A stretch of 64,000 bases of DNA from the sequence record PQ066597.1; one strand, written 5' to 3'. Shown here piece by piece: positions 42,844 through 52,277 of the stretch. Positions within the stretch are counted from its first letter, which is position 1, and every line of letters begins with the position of its first letter. A model generated the notes under the pieces. That model made no database searches. It worked only from the letters and a program-made list of their open reading frames with translations, and was not told the DNA's origin. The position numbers were made by a program, and so were the translations under genes.

Positions 42844-42914
42844 AATCTTTCCTCAGTTAGGTATCTCGTTTCGATGTAGATATAATACCATAACCAAAGA
42901 CCGATGCAACTACT

Positions 42915-43148
42915 TTATTCCATTCTCAGTGAATCCAGCATCTCATTAATACGGTCTTTGAATACATATGAACAACCTCTCCAAGCAAAAAACATTTTAC
43001 CAGTACAAGGCTCACGAAACAATGGAAAAGAAATCTTACCCAAGTCAGAGAGCATCTTGTCAGTTGCTTCAATCTGGTCACCAGCTTTGATACCCTTTGC
43101 AAGTTTAAGTAGCGCGTTTATCTCTTTCTGGCTATATTTCTTCTTCAT
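42915..43148 (-). CDS. hypothetical protein
   Basis: ORF track. Confidence 0.6.
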   Translation of the reverse strand: MKKKYSQKEINALLKLAKGIKAGDQIEATDKMLSDLGKISFPLFREPCTGKMFFAWRGCSYVFKDRINEMLDSLRME

Positions 43149-43456
43149 TTAAACTTTCTCATCTGTTTTCCGACCTCGTTTGAATCTACAACAAGTTCGG
43201 TTGTATTGTCGCTTTTCACCTGTTGGGTGATAGTAACATCCATCTTGTCACCAATGATAGAATAACACCCTTCACACGCTTTCCAGATATAAACGTCAGT
43301 CACCACTAACCCACTATCAGAAACAAAACTAATAAACCGATTAGTTGGATCCCATTTGATAACGGTTACTGATTCCCTAACGCTAAAAGTGTTAACCACA
43401 GAAACAGGCATACACCCAACCAACAGCAAAGTTAGACCAACAATTAGTGCTTTCAC
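43145..43456 (-). CDS. lipoprotein, CxxC family copy 2
   Basis: Lipobox LVGC; CEGCY..IGDK. Confidence 0.75.
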   Translation of the reverse strand: MKALIVGLTLLLVGCMPVSVVNTFSVRESVTVIKWDPTNRFISFVSDSGLVVTDVYIWKACEGCYSIIGDKMDVTITQQVKSDNTTELVVDSNEVGKQMRKFK

Positions 43457-43752
43457 ACAATTTCCCCCGATTGATATGCATCATAAGCTTTCCAGCGATC
43501 ATCATTGTCATCATCCATATAATCAGCAGCAGCAAGAACAACACCCTCAAGAGGCTTATAGTAATCAGAGCTGTTAATCAGTTCCTCAACCTTATCCCAT
43601 GACTCAGCCTTGATGAAGGTAGCCAGTGCACAATGGTTAAGATAGTTAACATAATTGGGAGTAGTGTGTGAACGTTCAACACAAGCACATGCATAAGCGT
43701 TAGGATACATTTTGATATAGTCAATAACTTTCATATTACTCTCCAAGTGCAT
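43453..43752 (-). CDS. hypothetical protein
   Basis: ORF track. Confidence 0.6.
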   Translation of the reverse strand: MHLESNMKVIDYIKMYPNAYACACVERSHTTPNYVNYLNHCALATFIKAESWDKVEELINSSDYYKPLEGVVLAAADYMDDDNDDRWKAYDAYQSGEIV

Positions 43753-44041
43753 TAATCTCTACATAGTTTTTACCATCTTCCCAGACAGCAGAGAAACCAT
43801 TCTTAACAAACAACGGGATGATGTCATCGCGGATAAGATCATAGAACATAACCCCATCAAGTTCAACATTACAAATGCGCTCGATATCATAAATACTGAG
43901 GTCTGTTTCTAATTCATCTAGATTCAGCATGGATTCAACCGTCTCATCATAAATCCCTTGCACAATAGCCTTACGAAGTTCTACACGAGCTTGTTCTTTC
44001 TCGCGAACGGCCTTTACTAATTCAGCAGCAGTCATAATCAC
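43736..44041 (-). CDS. hypothetical protein
   Basis: ORF track. Confidence 0.65.
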   Translation of the reverse strand: MIMTAAELVKAVREKEQARVELRKAIVQGIYDETVESMLNLDELETDLSIYDIERICNVELDGVMFYDLIRDDIIPLFVKNGFSAVWEDGKNYVEINALGE

Positions 44042-44346
44042 TTCCTCAAAAATTCTTTAGTCTCATAACGGTTGATACTATAAGTAACATCACCATCATC
44101 CCAAGTTTTCTTAGTAACAGTCACAGAGAACTTATCACCCTTATAAGCATAACACCCACTACAGCGTTTAGCAACATATTGATTAATCGAAATACCATCA
44201 GATGTTAGTACCTTAATCCGCTGTCGCTTATGCCTCTTCACAAACTCAGTAACAACAACAGTATCTCGATAAGTTTCTTCGCGAACTACTTTAGGGACAC
44301 AACCAACCAATCCAATAACAGCCAACACCGCAATAAGTTTCTTCAT
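44038..44346 (-). CDS. lipoprotein, CxxC family copy 3
   Basis: Lipobox LVGC; CSGCY..KGDK. Confidence 0.75.
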   Translation of the reverse strand: MKKLIAVLAVIGLVGCVPKVVREETYRDTVVVTEFVKRHKRQRIKVLTSDGISINQYVAKRCSGCYAYKGDKFSVTVTKKTWDDGDVTYSINRYETKEFLRK

Positions 44347-44706
44347 CTAATCCTTCCAAAAATCTTTCTTCTCACGCTCTATACGTTTAACAACCATACC
44401 ATTAACCAACGTATTCAGTTTCTTAATAGTATCTTCACGACTCAATTTCTTTCGGCGGATATTATAAAGTTTCCAGTACACAATCCAAGAAAAACATTTA
44501 TCACATCGAGTTGTACCACCAAGACGAACCATTTGGCAACTATCAAGAAGAAAGTCATTGCGATGAATATGAACACCAAATCCATGATACTTCAACCAAT
44601 CACGAATAGAATCCCGTTCGTTCCTAAACTTGTTTTCGGTGATATAAGAAAACATCAAGAAACACCATACCAGAGAAACAACAACACCAATCACAATATA
44701 TTCCAT
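44347..44706 (-). CDS. membrane-anchored hypothetical protein
   Basis: N-terminal TM. Confidence 0.65.
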   Translation of the reverse strand: MEYIVIGVVVSLVWCFLMFSYITENKFRNERDSIRDWLKYHGFGVHIHRNDFLLDSCQMVRLGGTTRCDKCFSWIVYWKLYNIRRKKLSREDTIKKLNTLVNGMVVKRIEREKKDFWKD

Positions 44707-44712
44707 ATCATC

Positions 44713-45006
44713 TCACTCCACGTAATCGATACAGCACTTCAACACACGAACCAACTCAGCTTCACTAGTCGGATCTTCAAAGTCAACTGAATCATAGCAA
44801 AATTCTTCTACGATAACAATAGAATGAATACCACGAACCAACGCAAAATCACGCGCTACCTTTTCCAACTCACGGCCTTTGATAACCATCATAGCATTGT
44901 TATCAAGATACATACCAAAAACAGAAGTAATACCATAACCGCGAGAGTTCAACAAAGTTTTCATTTCAGCAGCAATTTCACGAATGTTTTTCATATCTAT
45001 CTCCAA
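44713..45006 (-). CDS. hypothetical protein
   Basis: ORF track. Confidence 0.65.
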   Translation of the reverse strand: MEIDMKNIREIAAEMKTLLNSRGYGITSVFGMYLDNNAMMVIKGRELEKVARDFALVRGIHSIVIVEEFCYDSVDFEDPTSEAELVRVLKCCIDYVE

Positions 45007-45104
45007 TCAGTCAGTAAGAACATGGTACTACATCACCTAATGTATGTCCACACTTTTTTGTTCTAGAATCAAACTTTTTAATTTAAGAACCAAACATTAT
45101 CAAA

Positions 45105-45164
45105 ATATGAAAGAATGTTAACAGATATGAAAAGTTATGAAAAAATGTGAAAGAATATTAACAG
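45105..45164. repeat. six tandem degenerate 10-bp AT-rich repeats (iteron-like)
   Basis: ATATGAAAGA ATGTTAACAG ATATGAAAAG TTATGAAAAA ATGTGAAAGA ATATTAACAG. Confidence 0.7.
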
Positions 45165-45251
45165 AATCCCTTATACCACAAGGGATAGAGAGAAAATGTT
45201 TTAAAATGGTGTATAAAAGAAAATGCACCAAAAAAGTGCATTTTACCCCTC

Positions 45252-45605
45252 TCATGATCGTTTGATGATTCGATTGTATATTTTGGATGCTTCTCGATAG
45301 TAAAGCGCCAAACTACGTTCGTATTCAGCTTTCTTTTCTTGTACATCATTCCATAGAGCTTCTACACCCTCAATGGACATGGTAGTGTCTTCAATAACAT
45401 CAAAATACTTCATTTCACTTTTACGAATAAAAGCATAACAGTAATCAACCCTCAATAGTTCACCATCCTTAGAGAGGAAATAATCATCACCATCTAAGAT
45501 TACTTCATGTGGTTCATTACCAATATGGTTTTCGATAACTTTGTTAAACCGCTCAATCTGGCGGAACTCATGACGGGACTGTTCGTCTTTAAACTTAATC
45601 TTCAT
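45252..45605 (-). CDS. GoF/ComC-alpha-like protein with KKAEY tail
   Basis: Start ATG 45605 MKIKFKDEQSRHEF; ORF-track 5' extension overlaps the neighbour. Confidence 0.7.
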   Translation of the reverse strand: MKIKFKDEQSRHEFRQIERFNKVIENHIGNEPHEVILDGDDYFLSKDGELLRVDYCYAFIRKSEMKYFDVIEDTTMSIEGVEALWNDVQEKKAEYERSLALYYREASKIYNRIIKRS

Positions 45606-45855
45606 AATGCATCTCCAAATATTGAGTTTCATCTTCAAAGAAGCAAGCATTCCATCCATTATCCGGAACAGCTTTACCATACGTATTGAGAGTAATATTA
45701 TTCCCTTTACTATCCACGAGTTCGATGCTTCCATCAAAGCACGATTGAGCTTCATGGAAATCGTTACCCATGTATTCTGCGATGGACATATTAGCTCGTC
45801 CACCAGTGGTAAACGCATATTTGGATTCGATATTTTTAAATCTCACTTTCATCAA
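45595..45855 (-). CDS. GoF/ComC-alpha-like protein
   Basis: MKVRFKN...AN..IAEYMG. Confidence 0.7.
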   Translation of the reverse strand: MMKVRFKNIESKYAFTTGGRANMSIAEYMGNDFHEAQSCFDGSIELVDSKGNNITLNTYGKAVPDNGWNACFFEDETQYLEMHYED

Positions 45856-46207
45856 GCTTCTCCATCACTGCTTTGTTGTATTCAGTCATAGCATCATCAT
45901 ACTCTGCTTTCTTCTGTTGTGCGATATCCCAGAGTTCTTTGATAGATTTTTTCTTTTCTACCGGGAGAATATCCCATTCGAAAAATTGGTATTCAGATGG
46001 GTGAATGGATGGGGCTACATCAATACCATCAATAACCACATCCTCATTGTTCTCATCCACCAGAGACCAACGACGACCATTGAAGGATACACGATTCCAG
46101 CCCATACCCATATGGTTTGCGATGTGGGTGTTTGCGTGTACACTGCGGGATACAAAATGTTCTTTGTCCTCTTCACTGAGGAAACGAATACGCATAATAT
46201 CTGTCAT
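45836..46207 (-). CDS. GoF/ComC-alpha-like protein with KKAEY tail
   Basis: MRIRFLSEE...AN..IANHMGM. Confidence 0.7.
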   Translation of the reverse strand: MTDIMRIRFLSEEDKEHFVSRSVHANTHIANHMGMGWNRVSFNGRRWSLVDENNEDVVIDGIDVAPSIHPSEYQFFEWDILPVEKKKSIKELWDIAQQKKAEYDDAMTEYNKAVMEKLDESEI

Positions 46208-46210
46208 GAT

Positions 46211-46486
46211 TTATTCTCCTTTACTATTTTGGATGGGAGAGAAATCTACTTTCCCATCAATGTACACGTTGAGAATACCTGAATCGTCCTCGTAAGTAAA
46301 GGCTAGATTTGAGCTGGTATTTGCAACTTTCATTTTTACTTTGTGTCCGGTAGAGGAAAGATTCTCAATAGGGACAAATAGGTTATGTTGTGGATTAGCG
46401 TAACCTTTATCAACGAATGAGTAATAGATAGACTTAATGGTTTGAGTCTCACCCAGAAGTGGTTCGATGAAAGATGTAGTATCCAT
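46211..46486 (-). CDS. hypothetical protein, paralog of 55737-55952
   Basis: YY.FVDKGYANPQ.NLF...EDxSGIL.VY. Confidence 0.7.
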   Translation of the reverse strand: MDTTSFIEPLLGETQTIKSIYYSFVDKGYANPQHNLFVPIENLSSTGHKVKMKVANTSSNLAFTYEDDSGILNVYIDGKVDFSPIQNSKGE

Positions 46487-46547
46487 TTAAATTCCCCTTA
46501 CCTAAGATTTTTGACAAGTCCCAATATACAGATAACCGTCTCAACGG

Positions 46548-46844
46548 TCAACTGTTTTCTTTAACCGATTGGATATAGTCGTTGAAAGCCTTGTCGTATT
46601 CAGCCTTCTTTTCTAACATGATATCGAAAAGGGTTTTGGGATCATCTTCAATCCAATCAAAGAAATCGTGTTCGGATTCAAGGATAACAGTATACCCCGG
46701 TTTGGTTCCGCTTATAAAATAATACATACCACTTTTGATAACTTTGTGTGTATCCATCCCCATATATTCCGCAAGTTCGTAGTTCTCACTTCCCATAGCA
46801 CGAAACTTGCGCATATGTTGTTCTGACTTGAAACGGATCTTCAT
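46548..46844 (-). CDS. GoF/ComC-alpha-like protein with KKAEY tail
   Basis: MKIRFKSEQHMRKF...N..LAEYMGM. Confidence 0.7.
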   Translation of the reverse strand: MKIRFKSEQHMRKFRAMGSENYELAEYMGMDTHKVIKSGMYYFISGTKPGYTVILESEHDFFDWIEDDPKTLFDIMLEKKAEYDKAFNDYIQSVKENS

Positions 46845-46847
46845 ATC

Positions 46848-47096
46848 TTATTCCCCTTCAATAACAAAGTAACGACGCTCACCCTTATGGATAACCGCAT
46901 TCCACCCTTCAAACCCAGAGATATATGGATCTGGAATAGTGATACCACAATTATTATCATCTATCAGCCCAATATCCCCGCTACAATAATTGTATGCTTC
47001 GTGTGTATCCATTCCCATATAGTTTGCAATAGCAACGTTAGCACGACAATTGGAGAAGTCCTGATGGGCTTGTTCATCTTTAAAACGAATCTTCAT
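46848..47096 (-). CDS. GoF/ComC-alpha-like protein
   Basis: MKIRFKDEQAHQDF...AN..IANYMGM. Confidence 0.7.
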   Translation of the reverse strand: MKIRFKDEQAHQDFSNCRANVAIANYMGMDTHEAYNYCSGDIGLIDDNNCGITIPDPYISGFEGWNAVIHKGERRYFVIEGE

Positions 47097-47099
47097 AAT

Positions 47100-47315
47100 T
47101 TATTCCTCAACAATAGTGAAGTAATGGCTTTCGTCTTCAATTTGGATAGTGAAATCTCCATCAATAGTATCCCAGAAATCACCGGTATCGTCAATCTCTA
47201 CTTTGAAGGTTTTCATACCAAAATTCTTAACCATGTTGTGGTTGTGGCGGTGGAAAGACGGATCCCGTTTAGAAAACTCTTCCATGGCTTTTTCATCTTT
47301 AAAACGAATTTTCAT
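47100..47315 (-). CDS. GoF/ComC-alpha-like protein
   Basis: MKIRFKDEKAMEEF...N..MVKNFGMKTFKV. Confidence 0.7.
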   Translation of the reverse strand: MKIRFKDEKAMEEFSKRDPSFHRHNHNMVKNFGMKTFKVEIDDTGDFWDTIDGDFTIQIEDESHYFTIVEE

Positions 47316-47555
47316 TTACTTAATCTCCACCAGACGCCACGGGATCATACCAATGGTGTAGAAGCACCAAGACATTGAGCTATCTTGGATATTGTAGATA
47401 GTACCATCATCCATTTCAATCACCGTAATCCCTTCGGTATATCCAGATTTGAGGGTTTCTTTTACTGTGAAATAGTTACCAACTACCATCAACGGAAACT
47501 CTGATTTCATGATAGGGCTTACTTCTTCGATGATTTTGAATTTCTTGTTCAGCAT
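47316..47555 (-). CDS. Pin-like SH3-type domain protein
   Basis: FP..VVG.YFTV.E...GI..IEMDDG..YNI....WCF, like the N-terminal domain of T4 Pin. Confidence 0.6.
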   Translation of the reverse strand: MLNKKFKIIEEVSPIMKSEFPLMVVGNYFTVKETLKSGYTEGITVIEMDDGTIYNIQDSSMSWCFYTIGMIPWRLVEIK

Positions 47556-47769
47556 ATCTTTATTCCTCTAATAGTTGGCGAACAGTATTCACCCCTTGAA
47601 TTCAATTCCGAAATCTCTCTTTAGTGCTACAATAGCCTTGCGCCTTACCTCACTAGTTGAACCACTTCGTGCTAATGATTCAAGGCCAATGATTCGTGAG
47701 TTTGCTGGATGACGGCCTTGGTCCCAGACGCTTTTTATGCTCGGAATGTGATTGGTCTTTGACACTAAA

Positions 47770-48012
47770 TTATTCCTCAATGATAAAGAACTGTTGTTCA
47801 CCTTGATGTACCTGTGCTTCCCACTGGTCAAATTCACCAACAGTGATTGGGTCGCCGTTAACGTCTACCAGAGCAATGATGGTCTTACCACACTCTTCAT
47901 ACGAAATGGCGTCATGGGTATCCATACCCATATAGTCTGCAATTGCCGCGTTTGCATCGATCTTGCACATGAATTCGTATTGAGCGTCGGTATCTTTAAA
48001 ATGGATTTTCAT
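47770..48012 (-). CDS. GoF/ComC-alpha-like protein
   Basis: MKIHFKDTDAQYEF...AN..IADYMGM. Confidence 0.7.
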   Translation of the reverse strand: MKIHFKDTDAQYEFMCKIDANAAIADYMGMDTHDAISYEECGKTIIALVDVNGDPITVGEFDQWEAQVHQGEQQFFIIEE

Positions 48013-48021
48013 AATAGCTCC

Positions 48022-48258
48022 TTAATGAACCAGAGTTTTTGCTTTCTTGGTGATGATGGTAACGGCCTTGTGACCGTTCTTGCGAACACCACGACCAACA
48101 GACAGGGTTTTGTTTCCAGTAGAGTTCACATCGACAGTACGAGCCCAGCGATTAGTGGCCTGAGTACCATTGTCAGTCATTTTACCAAAACCAGCAACAC
48201 GAGCAGCGGAACGAGTGGCGAAGAAGATTTGTGCAGTCATGATGATTTCCTTTTTCAA
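48022..48258 (-). CDS. small basic early protein (F-x-TRSAAR...K..D.G...NRW)
   Basis: ORF track; early promoter TTGACT-N17-GATACT upstream. Confidence 0.7.
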   Translation of the reverse strand: MKKEIIMTAQIFFATRSAARVAGFGKMTDNGTQATNRWARTVDVNSTGNKTLSVGRGVRKNGHKAVTIITKKAKTLVH

Positions 48259-48311
48259 GAGAGGGTTTCTGTCTACGGGATTAGTATCTCAAAACATGAT
48301 TTCTAAGTCAA

Positions 48312-48572
48312 TCAGTTTTTCAAAAGATTTTTGATTTCTTCCATCTCATCTTTCAGATCGCTAATCCAGTATTGAGCAGGGAAGCAATTCAGGAACTCCA
48401 TATAAGCCCGGATAACTTCGATACACTCTTCCACATCACCGAGATAAATCATTTCGCAAGCCCAGTCATAATCGACACCACAAACGGTTTGAGCTGCATC
48501 ATACACTTCATCAGTGATATTGTTCTCTGCAACGTTGATAACTTTCTTGGCAAGGGAAGCGACGTAGTTCAT
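48312..48572 (-). CDS. hypothetical acidic protein
   Basis: ORF track; early promoter upstream. Confidence 0.7.
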   Translation of the reverse strand: MNYVASLAKKVINVAENNITDEVYDAAQTVCGVDYDWACEMIYLGDVEECIEVIRAYMEFLNCFPAQYWISDLKDEMEEIKNLLKN

Positions 48573-48608
48573 GGCAATTTCCTTTTCTTCCTCAGTGGGT
48601 ATATGTGT

Positions 48609-48636
48609 ATATTACCAGATCACCAAATGGAGTCAA
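48609..48636 (-). promoter_or_regulatory. early promoter
   Basis: TTGACT-N16-TAATAT with TCTGG before the -10. Confidence 0.7.
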
Positions 48637-49119
48637 TCAATTCCGAAAAAGATTTTCCATTTCTTGTACTGACAAACCAGCTTTATTAGCAACTTCCTGT
48701 TTCTTGATCCGCTTATCGATTTGAGATTTTACCGATTCATCCATCTTGACCTCGCTGATGGACACATAAAGCTCACCATCAATACGAGTAAATGGAACTT
48801 CCACCATCGGGGTTTTGTTGGTGATGGAATAGTGTTCTGCAACCTTCTCGTCTGTGGTTGTAACAGCTCCATATTCATTAGCAATCAACCAAGCTTTTCC
48901 ATCAGATTCACCAACTTCAAAATAATGAACACTTTCAATAATGGTCAGATAGTCAGCACCAAACGAGTAATCCCGTGTGTAATAACCATCATATTTCAAT
49001 TCCTTCTGCCAATTAGCACCATTCTCAATGGCATCGATAACTTTCTTACCCCATTCAGTCAATCCAAAACGAGAAATGAATTTGGAGCGGATAATAGGTG
49101 ATTTGAATTTCAGTTTCAT
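48637..49119 (-). CDS. hypothetical protein, GoF-like start
   Basis: MKLKFKS; AAGGA RBS. Confidence 0.6.
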   Translation of the reverse strand: MKLKFKSPIIRSKFISRFGLTEWGKKVIDAIENGANWQKELKYDGYYTRDYSFGADYLTIIESVHYFEVGESDGKAWLIANEYGAVTTTDEKVAEHYSITNKTPMVEVPFTRIDGELYVSISEVKMDESVKSQIDKRIKKQEVANKAGLSVQEMENLFRN

Positions 49120-49128
49120 ATTGATTCC

Positions 49129-49422
49129 TTACTTGGAAGCGTAATAAATTGCAGCTCGGAGATTTACCAGAGCCATATCAAGGTGGATACCAATCAGATC
49201 ATCCTCATAAGAATCACCACGGTCAAAAACAGTTTTTGCATCATCGATATTACGAATGGCGGAATCAATATAACCCCGGATCTCATCCTCACCCATAGGA
49301 ACAGCGATGTAGATGTTGGAGAGGGTATTCATGTTATCAACATAATCCCAGTCAGAAACATCAAATTTCTTGGACAAACATTTAACGGATTCGAAAGCTT
49401 CACGCAAGTAAGAAACGTTCAT
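49129..49422 (-). CDS. hypothetical protein, paralog of 26367-26684
   Basis: Start ATG 49422 after GGAGA; DMALVNLRAA. Confidence 0.7.
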   Translation of the reverse strand: MNVSYLREAFESVKCLSKKFDVSDWDYVDNMNTLSNIYIAVPMGEDEIRGYIDSAIRNIDDAKTVFDRGDSYEDDLIGIHLDMALVNLRAAIYYASK

Positions 49423-49432
49423 AATATTCTCC

Positions 49433-49723
49433 TTAGACTTCAACACGAACAACAGTATAACCGTAACCAAGATAACCCAGCTCTGTTTGCATCACATCAG
49501 CTCGGCGTTGGGCTTCATCACGCGCTTTTCCATCATATTCATCGGTAGACTCTACGTGGACCGAAACAACATAGTCAGAACTATCCGGGCCGTTTTCCAG
49601 TACCGCATATGCGTTGCGATAAACCAGACCTTGACGCTTTTTGGATTTTGCTTCTTCCAGCTTGATAGTGATTGCATTCATCATTTCGTTTACCATAAGA
49701 ACCTCCCGTTTCGATATACACAT
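49433..49723 (-). CDS. hypothetical protein
   Basis: ORF track; likely start MVNEMM. Confidence 0.6.
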   Translation of the reverse strand: MCISKREVLMVNEMMNAITIKLEEAKSKKRQGLVYRNAYAVLENGPDSSDYVVSVHVESTDEYDGKARDEAQRRADVMQTELGYLGYGYTVVRVEV

Positions 49724-49769
49724 AGTAAAACAAATGACTCACCGAAGTAAGCCATTTTTCATTTTATTT

Positions 49770-49991
49770 TCAACCCAGAATCTTGCTGAAATCCATAATT
49801 TTCAGAAGTTCCACATACCCGGTTATTGACAAACCACACGTAAGAAAATGAAGAACATAGCAAAGAACTTTATCCAACATCCCACCTTTCCGCGTGTCAT
49901 TATAGGTTGCAACACCGTTGAACACGATACCACACAGGAACATAGTGGTGATGAGAACGAAACCAAGTTGGCTATTAATAAAATCCATCAT
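49770..49991 (-). CDS. membrane protein
   Basis: Two TM segments. Confidence 0.65.
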   Translation of the reverse strand: MMDFINSQLGFVLITTMFLCGIVFNGVATYNDTRKGGMLDKVLCYVLHFLTCGLSITGYVELLKIMDFSKILG

Positions 49992-50200
49992 ATAATTTCC
50001 TCTACCAGAATTTCACACTGTTCACCATAAAAAGCTTCTTTAGCAATTTTCTTACCGAAGTTCAAAGCCCCTTTATGAGTCTTGTAAACATCATAAGAAA
50101 TAGAACCGGTAGAGCCTTTAACAGTCACTTTGAAATCTTTCATGATACTTCCCTCGTGTTTTCCAACAAGGAAAGTATCCCATAAATCAATTACTATCAC
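49988..50200 (-). CDS. hypothetical protein
   Basis: ORF track; likely start MKDFKV. Confidence 0.55.
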   Translation of the reverse strand: MIVIDLWDTFLVGKHEGSIMKDFKVTVKGSTGSISYDVYKTHKGALNFGKKIAKEAFYGEQCEILVEEII

Positions 50201-50382
50201 AAGTGGTTTTTGAGAAAATTATACTCATCAGAGTTCAATTGCACATATGGAACTAGGTTACTATCAAGAGATAAAATTAACTCGATGATAGCCGACCGGT
50301 CGTGGTGTAATTCACCAATCTTTTCTGGCGTCATCCATTTCAACGACAGTTGGGCATTCTTTGTATCAATCAAAACCATCAT
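50197..50382 (-). CDS. hypothetical protein
   Basis: ORF track. Confidence 0.55.
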   Translation of the reverse strand: MMVLIDTKNAQLSLKWMTPEKIGELHHDRSAIIELILSLDSNLVPYVQLNSDEYNFLKNHL

Positions 50383-50391
50383 ACTATCCCC

Positions 50392-50814
50392 TTAGAAAGT
50401 GTTGTCTACATCATCATAATCGGTTGGGCTCCACATATCGTCATCATCTTCCCACCACTCCTGTTTCTTGGGGAGCGATTTAACGTGCTCAGACCAGCGT
50501 TTAGCAGCGTTGTAAGTGTAGAAGGTGCGATTAGTACCACCCGGATGACTACCATCAATACCAGCGTCAGTGAGGCTGAAATCATCATTAAAGAAGTCAT
50601 TCACTTCCCGAACAACACCGAATTTGTAACTACTGGTTTTGAACCACTTTCGATAGTTCACCCACAGAGTACCATTCAGTACAGAATCTTTTTTCTTGTA
50701 AGCGAACGGACGTGATGTGATAAGAATCTTAGTGATAGAACCAGTAGGGCCGCATACACGATATACAGTCTGACCAGCGCGGAGAGATTTTGCAGTTACT
50801 TTACCTTTAGCCAT
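50392..50814 (-). CDS. hypothetical protein
   Basis: ORF track; GGAG RBS. Confidence 0.7.
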   Translation of the reverse strand: MAKGKVTAKSLRAGQTVYRVCGPTGSITKILITSRPFAYKKKDSVLNGTLWVNYRKWFKTSSYKFGVVREVNDFFNDDFSLTDAGIDGSHPGGTNRTFYTYNAAKRWSEHVKSLPKKQEWWEDDDDMWSPTDYDDVDNTF

Positions 50815-51372
50815 GATTATTGCTCCTGATATACTTTGACCAAATTCATGAGGAACTTAATTTCCTCATCAGTGATATATGGTGTGGCTTCAATCCATTT
50901 ACCCAAAGCCACTAGTGCCATTCGATGACCATTAGATTTTATCAGATCACTGGTTTGTTTTGCAACTAGTTCTACAAGAATTTTATTTTTCATACTATCC
51001 CCTTAGATGGCAAGTTTTGCTTTAGCGTGATAAACGCCAACGTATTTTTCTTGGATCTTCTCGACTGCACATTTCGGGGTGTATGCCCAAACGTATTCAG
51101 TAAGGACTTTATCACCAAATGCATTTTGAATTTTGAAGGAAACGATAAAACTTTTCATAATACTCTCCATATCCCAGATTGAATGTTTTTGTAAAGGCCA
51201 CGAGCTGTTACCAGCATAACACGCCATTTGTTACCTTGACAATATTTTATCACAAGCCCGCGACGAGTTACCGACAGTGTACCAACCCAATGATATTCCC
51301 CACATTGGCTAGACCCAACACCATAGATAATACAAAGAAATATTACTCGGGTAAATGCGACCATGATATCCC

Positions 51373-51612
51373 TTAATAATTCTTAACAACGATATGAGAG
51401 ATGGAATCACCGTAAGTTTCCAGCGCTTGTTTGGTGTACATACGGCCTTTATTCTCTACACCATTTTCGGTGGTGATGCTCACATCAACAACAAAGTCCA
51501 TACCACCATTATCAAGCGCGGCCTTCATGGTAATGGTTCCGATTGTGGAAGTACAAACCAGAGTTTGATTACCAAGCATGTTATTCAGGCGATTGCGGAG
51601 TTTGGTGTTCAT
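51373..51612 (-). CDS. hypothetical protein
   Basis: ORF track; early promoter 51642-51669 upstream. Confidence 0.7.
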   Translation of the reverse strand: MNTKLRNRLNNMLGNQTLVCTSTIGTITMKAALDNGGMDFVVDVSITTENGVENKGRMYTKQALETYGDSISHIVVKNY

Positions 51613-51641
51613 GGTATTTCCTTCTCAGTTGGTGTACAGAC

Positions 51642-51669
51642 ATATTACCAGAACCATTTATCGAGTCAA
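51642..51669 (-). promoter_or_regulatory. early promoter
   Basis: TTGACT-N16-TAATAT with TCTGG. Confidence 0.7.
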
Positions 51670-51672
51670 ACG

Positions 51673-51996
51673 TTATTTGACAAATTCTTTGCTCAGACGG
51701 TAAATATTTTCTTCGTAATAGTTGTCACCATAAACACGGTCACGACCATAGTTGTATTTCTTCAAAGTGGGTTCTTTGACACTGAACTTGTGGTCAACAA
51801 TCAGAACACCGGCCTTAATGAGAGCGCGAACAGTAGCACGGTTAACAGCACCCAGACGGAAAGTCATCTCTTCTTTGGTCTTACCCTTGGGAGTGTTTTC
51901 CCAGCGAACCAAATCAACTTGATACTGGTTCCAAAGACGCTCAACTTCCGCAACACAAATAGCAACTACTTCGTTTTGGGCTTTGCTGAGTTTCAT
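51673..51996 (-). CDS. hypothetical protein
   Basis: ORF track; early promoter and conserved leader upstream. Confidence 0.75.
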   Translation of the reverse strand: MKLSKAQNEVVAICVAEVERLWNQYQVDLVRWENTPKGKTKEEMTFRLGAVNRATVRALIKAGVLIVDHKFSVKEPTLKKYNYGRDRVYGDNYYEENIYRLSKEFVK

Positions 51997-52004
51997 GATT
52001 TCTT

Positions 52005-52060
52005 CCTTTCCGTCTCTCGTTTCGATATGGATATAATACCAGAACTGGACTACGATGCAA
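52005..52060 (-). promoter_or_regulatory. early promoter plus conserved 31-bp leader (copy at 53111-53141)
   Basis: TTGCAT-N16-TATTAT; CCTTTCCGTCTCTCGTTTCGATATGGATATA repeated exactly. Confidence 0.75.
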
Positions 52061-52268
52061 CAACTATTTCAAAATATTTTCCTTCACCTTCTTTATGAAT
52101 AGTGAAATCACCATCTACTGTATCCCACCAAGATTCGGTAATATCAACCTCAACATCGAAAGGGTTCATACCATGACGACGAACCAGATCTTTATTATGG
52201 GAAGACCAACCAAGGTTGATATTTGCGAACTCGTTCATATGTGCTTCGGATTTGAATTTGATTTTCAT
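52050..52268 (-). CDS. GoF/ComC-alpha-like protein
   Basis: MKIKFKSEAHMNEF...N..LVRRHGMNPFDV. Confidence 0.7.
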   Translation of the reverse strand: MKIKFKSEAHMNEFANINLGWSSHNKDLVRRHGMNPFDVEVDITESWWDTVDGDFTIHKEGEGKYFEIVVAS

Positions 52269-52277
52269 AATAGATCC

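Noticed and set aside
45606-45818. 5' extension of ORF 45252-45818 given in the track
   Set aside because: Overlaps the neighbouring gene; the family start MKIKFK at 45605 follows a GGAGA RBS.
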